From the human T2T-CHM13v2.0 reference genome, Homo sapiens, in the NCBI RefSeq assembly GCF_009914755.1, contig NC_060929.1: a stretch of 64,000 nt of DNA, one strand, 5' to 3'. The translations under genes and the position numbers were made by a program. Shown here one piece after another: positions 1 through 12,040 of the stretch (positions within the stretch are counted from its first letter, which is position 1; each line of letters starts with the position of its first letter). Below the pieces are notes generated by a model. It ran no database searches. It was not told the DNA's origin and saw only the letters and a program-made list of their open reading frames with translations.

Positions 1-1939
1 GTTTTCATCAGGTTCATTATAGGCAGTTTTTCTGCAGTGTTAACAATGTCATTTTTGTCATCATTATTATCACAATCACCTTGATTCAGAACCATTTTGG
101 AGGCTATTTCACCATTTGTCAATGAATGAGTGATTGGAATCTCATCAGTGTTAAAAACTTCTATATCCACTTCTTCCAGCTTTCTGATGGACTCTAAAGG
201 TATATTTTTTGCATATGTAAGAAGAACAGACATCATTTTTTCTCACTTGACATATGGAATCCTTCAAAGTCACCACCTTATTCATCATCATCACTGAACA
301 TAATTGCAGGCCAGAGGTTGTGCCAGGCATGGACAACTCTATCTTTAGCCACTGTGTTCCAAGTGTTGACAACAGCATAATATGGCATTCTTCATGCTAA
401 ACTCCTTTTGAAAACTTTCTACACCCATGCCTATATTCCCTGCTGTAGACTTGTTCAAGAAAGTGTTTTTATATTTACTCTTCATTGATATAAATATACA
501 AGAGGCTGAATTAATGAAGTCAAATTTTGGGGAAAGTACATCGTATAAACATTATTTCTGGTGAGAATTTTAGCTGGAGGGTGAGCAGAACAGTTGTCAA
601 GATATAACAAAATGTTACAGCATCATGCATTCCAGCTTCCCCGCAGTGAGTAGAAGCGGCTGGTATAAAATGTTTGTGAAACCAATCAGAAAAGATGTCC
701 TTGGTGATCCATGCCTTTTTGTTAGCATAAGAATGGACTGATAAGAAATTCACTCCTTGAAAACAGTAAGGACATAAGCTTTTGCCTATCACAACAAGTT
801 TATACTTATGCATGCCTGCTGCATTAGTACACCCCAGCACAATTATTCTGTCCCTGGCATTCTTAATTCCTGTAGGGGCTGTCTCATCAACTACAGTCAG
901 TGTCTTTCTGGAGCAATAACACCAAAACAGTGATGCTTTATCAGCATTATAGACTTGTTCGGGCATCAGATTTTCGTCAGCAATGACCTTGACAAACTTT
1001 TCAATGAATTTCTCCACTGCTTCATGATCAGCAGATGCTTTATCACCACAAATCTTTAAAAATTTAATGCCATGACTTTTCTTGAATTTCAGCAACCAAT
1101 TTGTTGAATATTCACAGTTCCCTTCAATCTTCAATATATGATGATCTTTGCTTGTTTCATGATCAGCATACCATTAAGTGGCACATGTTCTTTGTGACAC
1201 TCACATACCCACTCTTTCAATACATGATCGAGATCTTCATTAATAGCTTTATGCAAATGTTTTTCTATTTTTCATTAACTTCTGTTTATCCTTTTCAGCA
1301 CAGAACTTCAACAGTATATCCTTCTGTTTCTTCAGGTCATATATAATGGTCATTCCAACACAACACTCTTCTGTAAGATGTTTCACACTTACACTACAAT
1401 CCAATTTCTCCAACAGCTTGACTTTCTGTGATATGGGTAAACATAAATTCTTCCTCTTTTTGTTTTAATCAACTGTTACCCATAGGGATTTCTGCGGGCC
1501 TTTTTGAGGTTTTCAACAATATCTTTACACCACAGAGTGAAGAATATAGCAAAAAAAAAAACACAGTGAGTCACGTATGTAGGTCTTGGCCCTATGCAGG
1601 ACATCATGGGGAACCCGCATTGGTGTATCCAGCCTGCACTCCTTTTCTTACCCTTTGTGAGTGTGCTTGCATTGAGGAATCTGAGTGTGTGCAGAAAAAA
1701 ATGTATCACAGATGAAGGGGGCTACGAACGTCTTTTCTCCCTTGGGGATACTAAATAAACTGTGCATTGTGCAGCTGTGTTTTGACCGTGACCTATCACA
1801 TGAGGTAAAGTGTGGAATATTGCACCTGACCTCTGATATGTGGTGTCATATCAGAGCTCAGAAAGTTTCAGATTTGGGAAAAGATGTCCTTGGTGACATC
1901 TTTTGGATTTCAGATTTTGGATTAGGGATGTTCAAACTG
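1..1939 (-). mobile_element. Tigger4 (Zombi) TcMar-Tigger DNA transposon, continues beyond window start
   Basis: Reverse complement of 1900-1939 (CAGTTTGAACATCCCTAATCCAAAATCTGAAATCC) matches the recalled Tigger4/MER46 terminus; contains a pogo/CENP-B-like transposase remnant. Confidence 0.85.
520..1134 (-). pseudogene. Decayed Tigger transposase fragment (CENP-B-type HTH end plus DDE_1 start, JRK/TIGD-like)
   Basis: ORF track motifs WLLKFKKSHGI, YNADKASLFW, DRIIVLGCTNAAG, ANKKAWIT..IFSDWF; frameshifted before the LDNCSAH motif. Confidence 0.85.
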
Positions 1940-2435
1940 TTTTACCCTAGAGAAACAAAAACTATGTTGACAGAAAAGCCAGAACACGAATGTTTATAGC
2001 AGCTCTATTAATAATTATCAAAATATAGAAACAATTCAGATGCCCTTCAATGAATGAATGTATAAACAAATTATGGCACATTCATACAATGGAATAATGA
2101 GCAATAAAAAGGAATGAACTACTACGACGCTTGGCAATATGGATGAATATTCAAAGCAATATGCTAAGTGAAAAAAACACAAATGACTACTCCCCGTATG
2201 ATTCCATTTATATGAAATGCTAAAAGAGTAAAAGATATAGTAATAGAAAGCAGATCAATGGTTGCCAGGGCAAAGAGCACAAGAAAATATTTGGGGATGA
2301 CAAAAATGTCTGTATCATGATTGTGGTCATGGTTATACTACCTTTCGCATTTGTCAAAAATCCATCAAACTGCCCTTTTAAAATTAGTGAATCTCACTGT
2401 ATGTAAATTACACCTTAATAAAGCTAATCAAAAAC
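1940..2435 (+). mobile_element. Old L1M (MB/MC/ME) ORF2 end and 3' UTR, interrupted by Tigger4
   Basis: Typical motifs gaatgtttatagcagct, aatggaata, gattccatttatatgaaat; ends at aataaagct. Confidence 0.75.
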
Positions 2436-3974
2436 AGGAGAATTTGAGATTCATTGTGGGTTGAAGAGGAAGAAGAGGAAAGAGCGTCAGATCCACTGAA
2501 GCAGCTGGTGGTCATCATCACATGATTAACTAATAAAAGGAACAGCCATTCAAATCCCCAACACTGATGGAGGAGTAGTCTGCTCTCTGGAATAGTCTGA
2601 CTAAATTCAGTACTTAAAGAAAGCACATTCTAAACATGCTTTCAGTATCCTGAGGCTTTAGAATCTGAAATGACTTCTGTATAGATACCATAAACATCTT
2701 GTAATTAAAGAGATGCTAAATGTCAGTTGCATTAATGCTAACAAAATATAAATGCTACATTAGTGTCTAGAGCCATTGAGAATCAGTATCTCTTGAGTTG
2801 ATTAAAATTCCAATCTCAATGGACTCCAGCTCTCCCTTTCCTTGACAAGAGGAAGATGCTTTCTGTAGAATTCTCCTCCTGAAATATTTCTGGGAATTCC
2901 AAGGCTGTGCCTATGTGTGTGTGCAAACTGGCCTGATACCTGGTCAACCCCTGAGTCTGGACTGGCTAGCCCAGCCTCCTGTTTCCACAGAGAGGCCACT
3001 CTGAGGCTGTGGGCCTCTCTTACATGGCCATCAAATCCAACACCATTTATAAGAGAGATTTATCCCACCCATCTTGATAATACTGAGCAGGCATCAATAT
3101 GCTTTGGGCTCAGAATTTCATCATATCTCAGACAAATTGAGAAGAAAAACACTCTTGCAGTCCCATCACTTTGGGGATTCCCAACCAGGATTGCTTAAGC
3201 CCCAAATCATTCGTGTCCTTAGCAAAGCAGCCCTTTAATTTCTCAATTGTTCTTCTCTTCCTGATGCACAGACTGACCTGGGATCATTTTCAGTACTAGC
3301 TGCCACACAGTGCCATGAACTAAAACTTTCTCTCACAGTGAGGCCCTCCTGTTGAGTGTGGTGTGCTGGGCCAGTCCTGTTTTTTTTCCTTGCAGTCCTT
3401 GCTCATGAACCAATAGAAACATCACCCTCCACTCTGTAATCTGGCTTTCACCAGAGCTATCCCAGTTCACCCTCTATCTGTACATCTCTGAATCTTAATT
3501 CTGAATAGAGTTTAGCCTAAGAGTCTCTTTGGCCTCTCTAAAAATCAGTGGCAATAAATAGATGCCTAAAGTGCACATGCCAGAAGCACCGAGTTCCAAC
3601 TCCTGCTCAGCCATGAACTCCTATAATTCAAATAAAACTCTTCTCCAAAGACAGTTTGTTCTTTATCACAAACTAAATGCTTTAGACGTCTGTGAACTAT
3701 ATTCTAGAACTGAAAAGACAGCTGAATAATTAGGTTCTGGTAAGGCAAGAACTTGAACAGCTCTTGAGCTCTAAGGAACATACATAAATGTATAGTCATA
3801 TTTCAAACCTAAAGAACAAGTATAGGAAACTTGTAGTGAACAACTGTACCTATTACCCAGCATTATCAAATCACACATATAGCTGTTGCTATATTTGCTT
3901 AAATAGTATATTATATACCCATTGGGAACTCCCATTATCTATTGGGATCTCTATTATCTATTGCATAATAGATA

Positions 3975-4497
3975 CAGCAACTGTGGATGCAAATTCTTTG
4001 CAGCTCTTCCATCAAGAGTCTATTTCTCCATCCCTTGACTCTGGACTGACCTCATTACTGCTTTGAACAACAGGATGTGATAGAACAACATTATATTACT
4101 TCTAGGCCTAGGCCTTGGCCTTCAGGGAGAAGCTTCACAACTTCCTCTCTCACTCTCTTGGAATGTTGTAATTTTGTGAACAAGCCCAGTCTGGCCTCTT
4201 TGAGGATGAGAGGGTTCGTGAGGAGAGACCTCATAGAAAGGGAGAGATCTAAGCATCAAAGCTTAAGACCAAGACCTGTGAGTGAGGACATCTGGGTACA
4301 ACAAGCCCCAGATGACAAACCAACTGGCCTAAGATGTATGAGTGAGCACAGCTAACATCACGTGGAACAGAGATGAGTCATCATAACCAGGCCCTGCCCA
4401 GTTGCCAACCCACAGAATCATGAGCAAACACGTAGTTGTGGCTTTAAAGCCATTAATTTTGGAGTGGCCTGTTACACAGCAATAGATAATGGAGACA
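3975..4497 (+). mobile_element. MLT1 (F/G/H group) MaLR solo LTR inside an antisense L1ME fragment (about 3790-4800)
   Basis: caaattctttgcagctcttccatcaagag start; ttacacagcaatagataa..ca end typical of MLT1. Confidence 0.7.
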
Positions 4498-4800
4498 CCC
4501 TGTGTACTCTCCCCAAACCCATTCTTCCATGTCCCTCCCTCTGAAAAGATAAATCTGACCCATCATTCCAATGTGTGCTTGTAGAATTTCACTACAAATT
4601 TGTGTTTCCTTTTAAGAATATATAGTATTGTTTTGTAGTGTTTTTAACCTTATATGAATGGTATTAACACTATTATTTTATGACTTCCTTTTGGTACATT
4701 ATTATATTGAGATTTACACAGGTTGATTTTCTTAGCTTTAACTTATTCAATTTCATTACTGTGTAGTATACCATTGTCTAAATAAAGTACAATATACGAT

Positions 4801-4892
4801 TTCTTTCTTTCATTCCTTCCTTCCTTCCTTCCTCCCTCCCTCCCTTCTTTCCTTCCGTTTTTTTCTTTCTTCCTTCGTCCCTCCCTCTCTCT
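4801..4892. repeat. CT-rich simple repeat (TTCC/TCCC)n
   Basis: Directly visible polypyrimidine tract. Confidence 0.9.
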
Positions 4893-4899
4893 GATGGGT

Positions 4900-5400
4900 A
4901 TGATGGTTTGACACACAACATCAGTTTCATCCTCCTTGTAGCATGCCTTCATGTAATACTGAGATTTGAAAGCTAAAAACTACATCTCCAAGATTCCCTT
5001 GGAGATAGTGATGAGAATGAAATTTGGGTCTGGCTAATCAGGTGCACTTGCATGAGGTTTGAAAGGAGTGATCTCAGTCATGGCTTTGGTCTTGCTGCTT
5101 CCACTGTTCCTGTTGTTAAGCAGAAACATGAAGGGGTCTGGTTTTCTGCAGCAGTGATGGATACCCAGTGTCCAAACACCAGTTGGTAGGTACTGAGAAG
5201 GAGGGCATGAGGCCTCTATTCTGCTGGGACCATCTTTGCAGGTGCAGCAGGGTTCTGGAGACAGCAGCAGTAGTGACTGCAGTATCCTGGGTCTAGCAGT
5301 TTACTGAACCTGCTGGCTTCCTGATTACAGAACTGGAGTCAGTTGTGTGCTGATCACAGAAGAGGTTGCAGTTCCCTCAGTGACCCAGTTCTGCAGCATA
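4900..5400 (+). mobile_element. LTR33-like ERVL LTR fragment
   Basis: gaaagctaaaaactacatctccaagattcccttg and ctaatcaggtgcacttgcatgaggtttgaa resemble LTR33. Confidence 0.6.
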
Positions 5401-5474
5401 ACGTTCCGTTTTGACTAAAAGTTACTCCAACTGTTTTCAGCGTTGTAGCCCTTCAGTCAAAATTCAAGTTGCAG

Positions 5475-5675
5475 ACCTAGGGCTTGGCTGCTTTCAGCTG
5501 GGCTTGGCTGCACAGCTCTGCTTCAAGCTGCGGGTATAGCCAGGTTTATATCCTAGGGTCTGGCTCACCTCATGTCTCCTCCGTGTGTGTTCATTCAAGG
5601 GCCCAGGCTGAGAAGGCAGCAACTGCCTAGGGAGAAGTTCATCATGGCAACGGCAGAAGAGCAAAAGCACCAAGA
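5475..5675 (-). mobile_element. MLT1J/K-like LTR fragment
   Basis: tcagctgggcttggct...ggcccaggctga...catggcaacggcagaagagcaa pattern. Confidence 0.55.
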
Positions 5676-5714
5676 TTTTTTTTTAGGTTAAAAACACTTT
5701 TTAATAAATTGTTT

Positions 5715-5969
5715 TTAATCTTTTTTAAATTAAATTTTAAGTTCTGGGATACATGTGCAGAACATGTAGGTTTGTTACATAGGTAAACATGTGCCATGGT
5801 GATTTGCTGCACCTATCAACCCATCACTTAGATATTAAGCCCCACATGCATTAGCTATTTATCCTGGTGCTCTCTTTCCCCCCACCCCCACAGGCCCCAA
5901 TGTGTGTCGTTCCCCTCCCTGTGTCCCTGTGTTCTCATTGTTCAGTTCCCACTTATAAGTGAGAACATG
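5715..5969 (-). mobile_element. L1PA (about PA8-PA10) 3' end, heavily 5'-truncated
   Basis: ttttaagttctgggatacatgtgcag...cccacttataagtgagaacatg is antisense L1PA 3' UTR. Confidence 0.9.
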
Positions 5970-5974
5970 GGAGA

Positions 5975-7290
5975 AAATACTTTTTAAAATTTTGAAACAA
6001 ATATATAGAAAAGTTGCAAGTTCACAATTAAGAACTTCTTTTCTCTGAACCACTTGAAAGTAAACTGTCAAACATATTTCATCACATCACCCCTCAACTT
6101 TAATGTGTATTTCTACAAACAAGGACATTCTCCAGATAAACAGGATTCAACCATCAAAATCAGGAAGTCTGCATGGATTCATTAGAGTCTGAGGACTCTA
6201 ATCCTCAGGCTTCTTTCGCATTTAGCCAGTTGTCCCAACAATGTTCTTTATAGCAAATGGACCCAGTTTGAATGCACATTAGTTGCTATGCCTCTTTAGT
6301 CTCCTTCTGTCTGGAACAGTTCCCAGTCTTTTCTTAACTCTCATGACTTATTTGAAAGTTTTGACATGTTTGAAGGCTATCAGCAGGTTATTTTGCAGAA
6401 TGTCCCTCAATTCACATTTGTCTGATGTTTCCTGATGACTAGATTCCAGTTAAGCATCTCAGATGCGAATCTCACAGAAGTGAGGTTGTGTTCTCCTTGC
6501 AGTCTATCAGATGGCACAATATCTCAATTTGACCTGTAACTGGTGATGTTCATTTGGCTTGCTTGATAAAGTGACATTGCCAGGCTTTTCTTTGTAAAGT
6601 TATTCTTTGTTCCTTTGCAGTTAATAAGCATTTTTGTGGGGAGGTATTACATAAGTATCCTCTTCCTCATAAAACTTTCTATCAATTAATTTATCTATCT
6701 ATCTATTTGTATGAACTCTAAATTGCCTATGTTACGCAATGGCTAAAATCTTTTGTTATCATTGATCATGTTGATCTTAACTTGTTGCCATTTTTCCAGT
6801 GGAAGCCACTTCAGGATCACCTCTTGTCATGGTGATATGTCCCGCATGAGCACTTCTTTGCTTTCTGGCACAGCAGATGCCAGTTTCATCTTATTTTTCC
6901 CTGCCTACAGCACTGGAATCTGCCATTTCTATTGGTTTCTTTTGGGAAAGAATGCTACTTAAAAGACAACTTTGTGCTAGATGTGTTCATTGCTGTTGAA
7001 CTGTTGCTGTTCCCAGGCCTTTCCACCCCCCTCAGTAGACAGAGCTATGGAACACGTGTGTGAAACTATTATATGTACATGCACAGTTATACCTATGTTT
7101 GTTTCTATTAATATATAATACTTTTATATATGCACTCCATATCTTCAATTCCAATGCAAAACCAGAGGGTTCATTCTAATGTTCTCCCTTTCCATATTTG
7201 TAAAGTCCATCTCTCAAAGTGAGCAGTCCAGTTCCCCTTATTCTCAATACATTTACTTCTCAATACATTTACATCAATCTTCCTGAATGG
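5975..7290 (-). mobile_element. L1MC4/5-like 3' region
   Basis: aaacaaggacattctc, ttttgcagaatgtccctcaatt, ctttctggcacagcagatg motifs. Confidence 0.75.
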
Positions 7291-7759
7291 GAGAAATCTT
7301 CCATGCCATGGCTGTCTTGCCTCATCATGTATGCCCTGCCCAGCCTGCTCTGACCCATGCAGGTGGCCTCCTCAGCCCATTTCTGCTCCTTCACGGCCCC
7401 TTTCCTCACCCTACTGGGACCTGGACCCCACAGCAGTGCCCTCCTCTCTGTTCCAGCAGCCTTGGGTGGTGTCTCTCTGTTCCAGCAGCCTCCCTCCTCC
7501 TCTCCCTCCACATCTTTGGGTTCCTACACCTGGCACTGCCTGCCCTTACCACTCCTTCCCAGGCTCTGGAAGAAGGAGAAGAACAGAAAGGGTGAAGTAA
7601 GGGAAGGAGACAGGGAACCCATTGTGTGTTTATTCCTCTCCCTTCTCTCTTTTTGGAAACTTGATTCATCACTTTCTCTTTTTGTATACGGGCCTATTTG
7701 TGTTCTATTCCTCTGTATTGCATTCTCCCTTCAGGCTACTCTTATCCTAAAATCATCTT

Positions 7760-8547
7760 CCCTCAAACTTCTATTCACCTAAAGCTCTCACTCCGGACAC
7801 ATTTCATAGCCAAATTTCTACAGAGGAGACTCTCTGGTTGCCTCCACAGCAATCTGGCATCTGCCTCTCAAACCTACTGAAATTGTCCACTCCAAAGTCA
7901 CAAACAACCTGCTCATGACCACATCTGGTAGCTTCCTTACAGGGTTTGCCTGCCTCCATCTGCTATCATAGACTACCCTCTCTATCTTGACAGTCCACCC
8001 TACTCCTCCTAGGGGAGCACTCCTGATTTTCACCTCTTCCATGCCCTCTCCATCTTTCTCCGTCCCTTCTGGCAGCTCATCCTCTTCCCATGTTCCCCAG
8101 GGATCTGTCACTGGGTGTCTCCTCTTTTTTTGTCAATATTTGCTCTCTGTGAAATTTTATTTTGTCAGTTCCTTGACAAAATGACTCTAAAATGGACATA
8201 AGTTTGACCTCTCTTCTGAACTGAAGGATATTTCTCCATGGTTACCATGAGCTAATTCTCCGTCCTCCCAGGTACCTCAAATAGAAAATTTATTCAGTGC
8301 CTCAAATTACCAGGCTTGTACTAATTACTATGAATACATAGGTTAATAAAGCATAGTTTGCAAGGAAGAGGACTTATCCAAGCTGGAAACTACAGTTATT
8401 TTTAATACTTCTCTATCCTCACTCCCAGTCTCCCACTTATCATTCACATCACTAATCGTTAGCTTTCTAAGGCACAATTCTGATCGTACTACTTCCTAAC
8501 CCAGAAACTTTCAATATCTTCCCATTGTCCATGGCAAAAAAAAAATG
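7760..8547 (+). mobile_element. L2 fragments; resume at about 10610-10980 after the THE1B insertion
   Basis: ctactgaaattgtccactccaaagtcacaaacaacctg and aacttcaat..cttcccattg are L2-like; pyrimidine-rich. Confidence 0.6.
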
Positions 8548-8552
8548 CAGCC

Positions 8553-10604
8553 TGTATTAGTCCATTTTTCATGCTGCTGATAAAGACATACCTGAGAAGG
8601 GGCAATTTACAAAAGAAAGATTTAATGGACTTACTGTTCCACATGACTGGGGAGGCCTCACAATCATGGCAGAAGGCAAGGAGGAGCAAATCACATCTTA
8701 CATGGATAGTAGCAGGCAAAGAGAGAGCTTGTGCAGGGAAACTCTTCCTTATAAAACCCTCAGATCTCATGAGACTTATTCACTATCATGAGAACAGTAT
8801 GGGAAAGACCTGCCGGCATGATTCAGTTGCCTCCCACTGGGTCCCTTCCACAACATGTAGCACTTCCTAGATACAATAGGGGAACAAGCATTGGGTAAAT
8901 GCAGCCATTCCAAATGGGAGAAATTGGCCAAAGCAAAGGGGCTACAGACCCCATGCACATCTGAAATCCAGTGGGGCAGTCAAATCTTAAAGCTCCAAAA
9001 TGATCTCCATAGACTCCATGTCTCACATCCAGGTCATGCTGATGCAAGAAGTGGGTTCCTATGTTCTTGGGCAGCTCCACCCCTGTGGCTTTGCAGGGTA
9101 CAGCCTCCATCCCGGCTCCTTTCGTGGCCTGGCATTGAATGTCTGCAGCTTTTTCAGGCACATGGTGCAAACTGTCAGTGGATCTACCATTCTGGGGTCT
9201 GGAGGACAGTGGCCTTCTTCTCACAGCTCCACTAGGTGGTGCCCCAGTAGGGACTCTGTGTGGGACTCTGACCACCACCACCCCCATTTCCTTTCTGCAC
9301 TGCCCTAGCAGAGGTTCTCCATGAGGGCTCCGCCCTTGCAGCAAACTTCTGCTTCGGCATCCAGGCATTTTCATACATCCTCTGAAATCTAGGCAGAGGT
9401 TCTCAAAACCCAATTCTTGACTTCTGTGCACTCACAGGCTCAACACCACATGGAAACTGCCAAGGCCTGTGGCTTGCACCCTCTGAAGCCATGGCCTGAG
9501 CAGTACCTTGGCCCCATTTAGTCATGACTGGAGTGGCTGAAATGCAGGGCACCAAGTCCCTAGAATGCACACAGCAGAGGGACCCTAGGCCCGGCCCACA
9601 AGACCATTATTTCTTCCTAGGCCTCCAGGCCTGTGATGGAAGGGGCTGTCACAAAGGTCTCTGACATGCCCTGGAGACATTTTACTAATTGTCTTGGTGA
9701 TTAACATTCAGCTCCTCATTACTTTTGCAAATTTCTGCAGCCAGCTTGAATTTCTCCTCAGAAAATGGAATTTTCTCTTCTACAGGCTGCAAATTCTCTC
9801 AACTTTTGTGCTCTGTTTCTCTTTTAAAACTGAATGCCTTTAACAGCATCCAAATCACCTCTTGAATGCTTTGCTGCTTAGAAATGTCTTCTGCCAGATA
9901 CCCTAAATCATCTCTCTCAAGTTCAAAGTTCCACAAATCTTTAGGGCAGGGACAAAAGGCCCCAGTCTCTTTCCTAAAACATAACAATAGTCACCTTTGC
10001 TCCAGTTCCCAACAAGTTCCTCATCTTCATCTGAGACTACCTCAACCTGGATTTCATTGTCCATTTCCTGATCAGCATTCTGGTCACAGCCATTCAACTA
10101 GTCTCTAGGAAGTTCTAAACTTCTCCACATTTTCCTGTCTTCTTCTGAGCCCTTCAAACTGTTCCAACCTCTGCCTGTTACCCAGTTCCAAAGTCACTTC
10201 CACATTTTCAGATATCTTTTCAGCAGGGCCCCACTCTACTGGTACCAATTTACTGTATTAGTCCATTTGCATGCTGCTGATAAAGACATACCTGAGACTG
10301 GGCAATTTGCAAAAGAAAGAGGTTTCATGGACTTTTAGTTCCATGTGGCTGGGGAGGCCTCACAATCATAGTGGAAGGCAAGGAGGAGCAAGTCACATCT
10401 TACACGGATGGTAGCAGGCAAGGAGAGAGCTTATGCAGGGATACTCTCCGTTATACAACTCTTGGATCTTGTGAGACTTATTCACTATCATGAGAACACA
10501 GGAAAGACCTGCCCCTGTGATTCAATTACCTCCCACAGAGTCCCTCTCACAACACATGGGAATTCAAGATGAGGTTTGGGTGGGGACAGAGCCAAACCAT
10601 ATCA
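8553..10604 (-). mobile_element. THE1B MaLR provirus: 3' LTR 8553-~8860 (partly deleted), THE1-int ~8861-10253, 5' LTR 10254-10604
   Basis: Two direct LTR copies starting tgtattagtccattt..catgctgctgataaagacatacc; 5-bp TSD CAGCC at 8548-8552 and 10605-10609. Confidence 0.95.
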
Positions 10605-10999
10605 CAGCCCTCTCAGTACGGTCATCTCCTGCCACTCCTTGCCTTTCCTGTTTCCAGTCGCTAGACTCCTTCTCACAAACCAAATAAAATATTCATTTTA
10701 TGCCTTTAAGCCATTGTTCATACTGTTCCCTCACAAAGGAATGTTCTTCCTTTCTTTCCTACCTATTGAAATCTTACTTTTTCTTTAAAAAAGGCTAAAC
10801 TCAATGGCGCTTTGATTCTCCCTTTTTTTGCTTCTAACAGAAGGACACATGAGAATTCCTAGGTCTTTGAATTTTGTCTATATTTTGGTTATGGCAAATA
10901 TCCTAGTTTACTTTTAACAGTGGTTAGCAGTACATATGTCTCTCTGAGCAAGTGGAAGGCAGAGAGCTGGTCTCATTTAAGTTAGTTTCCCTCTAAGAA

Positions 11000-11526
11000 A
11001 CTCATTGCCAAAATTTTTGGCTCATGGTTCCCCTAACATGTTAGCAAGTTTTTCATTGTGCCTGTAGGTCAAAAGAAATGCTTGATGGTTCTATTTATTA
11101 AATCGTCCATGCCCACCTCCCCAAAAAATTTATGTCCTAAAAATTCAGTAGTCTTTTAGAAAAAAATTCAGATTGAAGGTAAAAATAATATATTTATTTC
11201 ATTCCTAAATAACCACAATTAATTACTAGTGGGATATGTGTGCTTGTTGGGCATTGTACAACTTCTTAAACCTTGGAATCAGATGGAAATCCACAACTGT
11301 CATTTCCTGCTCCATGTTGATTTTCATGCAGTACTTCCTTTTTTTATCACAGCTAATGCCAGAACCCAGATTTACAAAGTCATGATATCTCTGGAAAGGA
11401 CGTGGTGTGATCTACCATGAACTTGTGAACTACCTTGAGCTAGTAGTTCTCATGGGGTCTGACACATGTTGCTGCCCCATGAGTTTGCATCCCCATCTCG
11501 AGCTCTCTGCACAGTTTGGGAGCTGC
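11000..11526 (-). mobile_element. MER119-like hAT-Charlie DNA transposon
   Basis: taaataaccacaatt, aaaccttggaatcagat, gtgaactaccttgagctagtagtt, cacagtttggg match the recalled MER119 consensus. Confidence 0.7.
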
Positions 11527-11753
11527 AACACCAGAGCCAGGCACTATGCCAATTACACGTTGAATCCTACATGGATTGAATTAGGTCCTGTTATATTTAT
11601 GGATTATTAGATAGAGATTCGTCTCCCATCTGAAGCCCACAAATAACTTTTATAAAGAAAACAAAATTATTTAAAGAATATGTAGGACTAGGAAAATTAT
11701 TATCATAGCATCAAACTTAAGCAAGGACAAAATAACATTACGTTGATATATTC

Positions 11754-12040
11754 TTTTTTTTTTAAGATAGAGTCTCGCTGTGTTGCCCAGGCAGGAGTGC
11801 AGTGGCGCGATAGCTCACTGCAACCTCCGCCTCCTGGGTTCAAGTGATTCTTCTGCCTCAGCCTCCTGAGTAGCTGGGACTAGAGGCATGCACCATCATG
11901 CCCAGCTAATTTTTGTATTTTTAGCAGAGATGGGGTTTCACCATATTAACCAGGTTGGTCTCGAACTCCTGACCTCGTGATCCACCCACCTCGGCCTCCT
12001 AAAATGCTGGGATTACAGGCATGAGCCACCGTGCCCAGCC
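11754..12040 (-). mobile_element. AluS (Sc/Sg-like)
   Basis: Full dimer; TSD TAC(G/A)TTGATATATTCTT at 11739-11755 and 12041-12057. Confidence 0.95.

Noticed and set aside
7269-7782. Five overlapping ORFs
   Set aside because: Explained by C/T-rich, stop-poor composition.
8489-10687. Many overlapping ORFs up to 202 aa
   Set aside because: All lie within THE1B LTR/internal sequence; not host genes.
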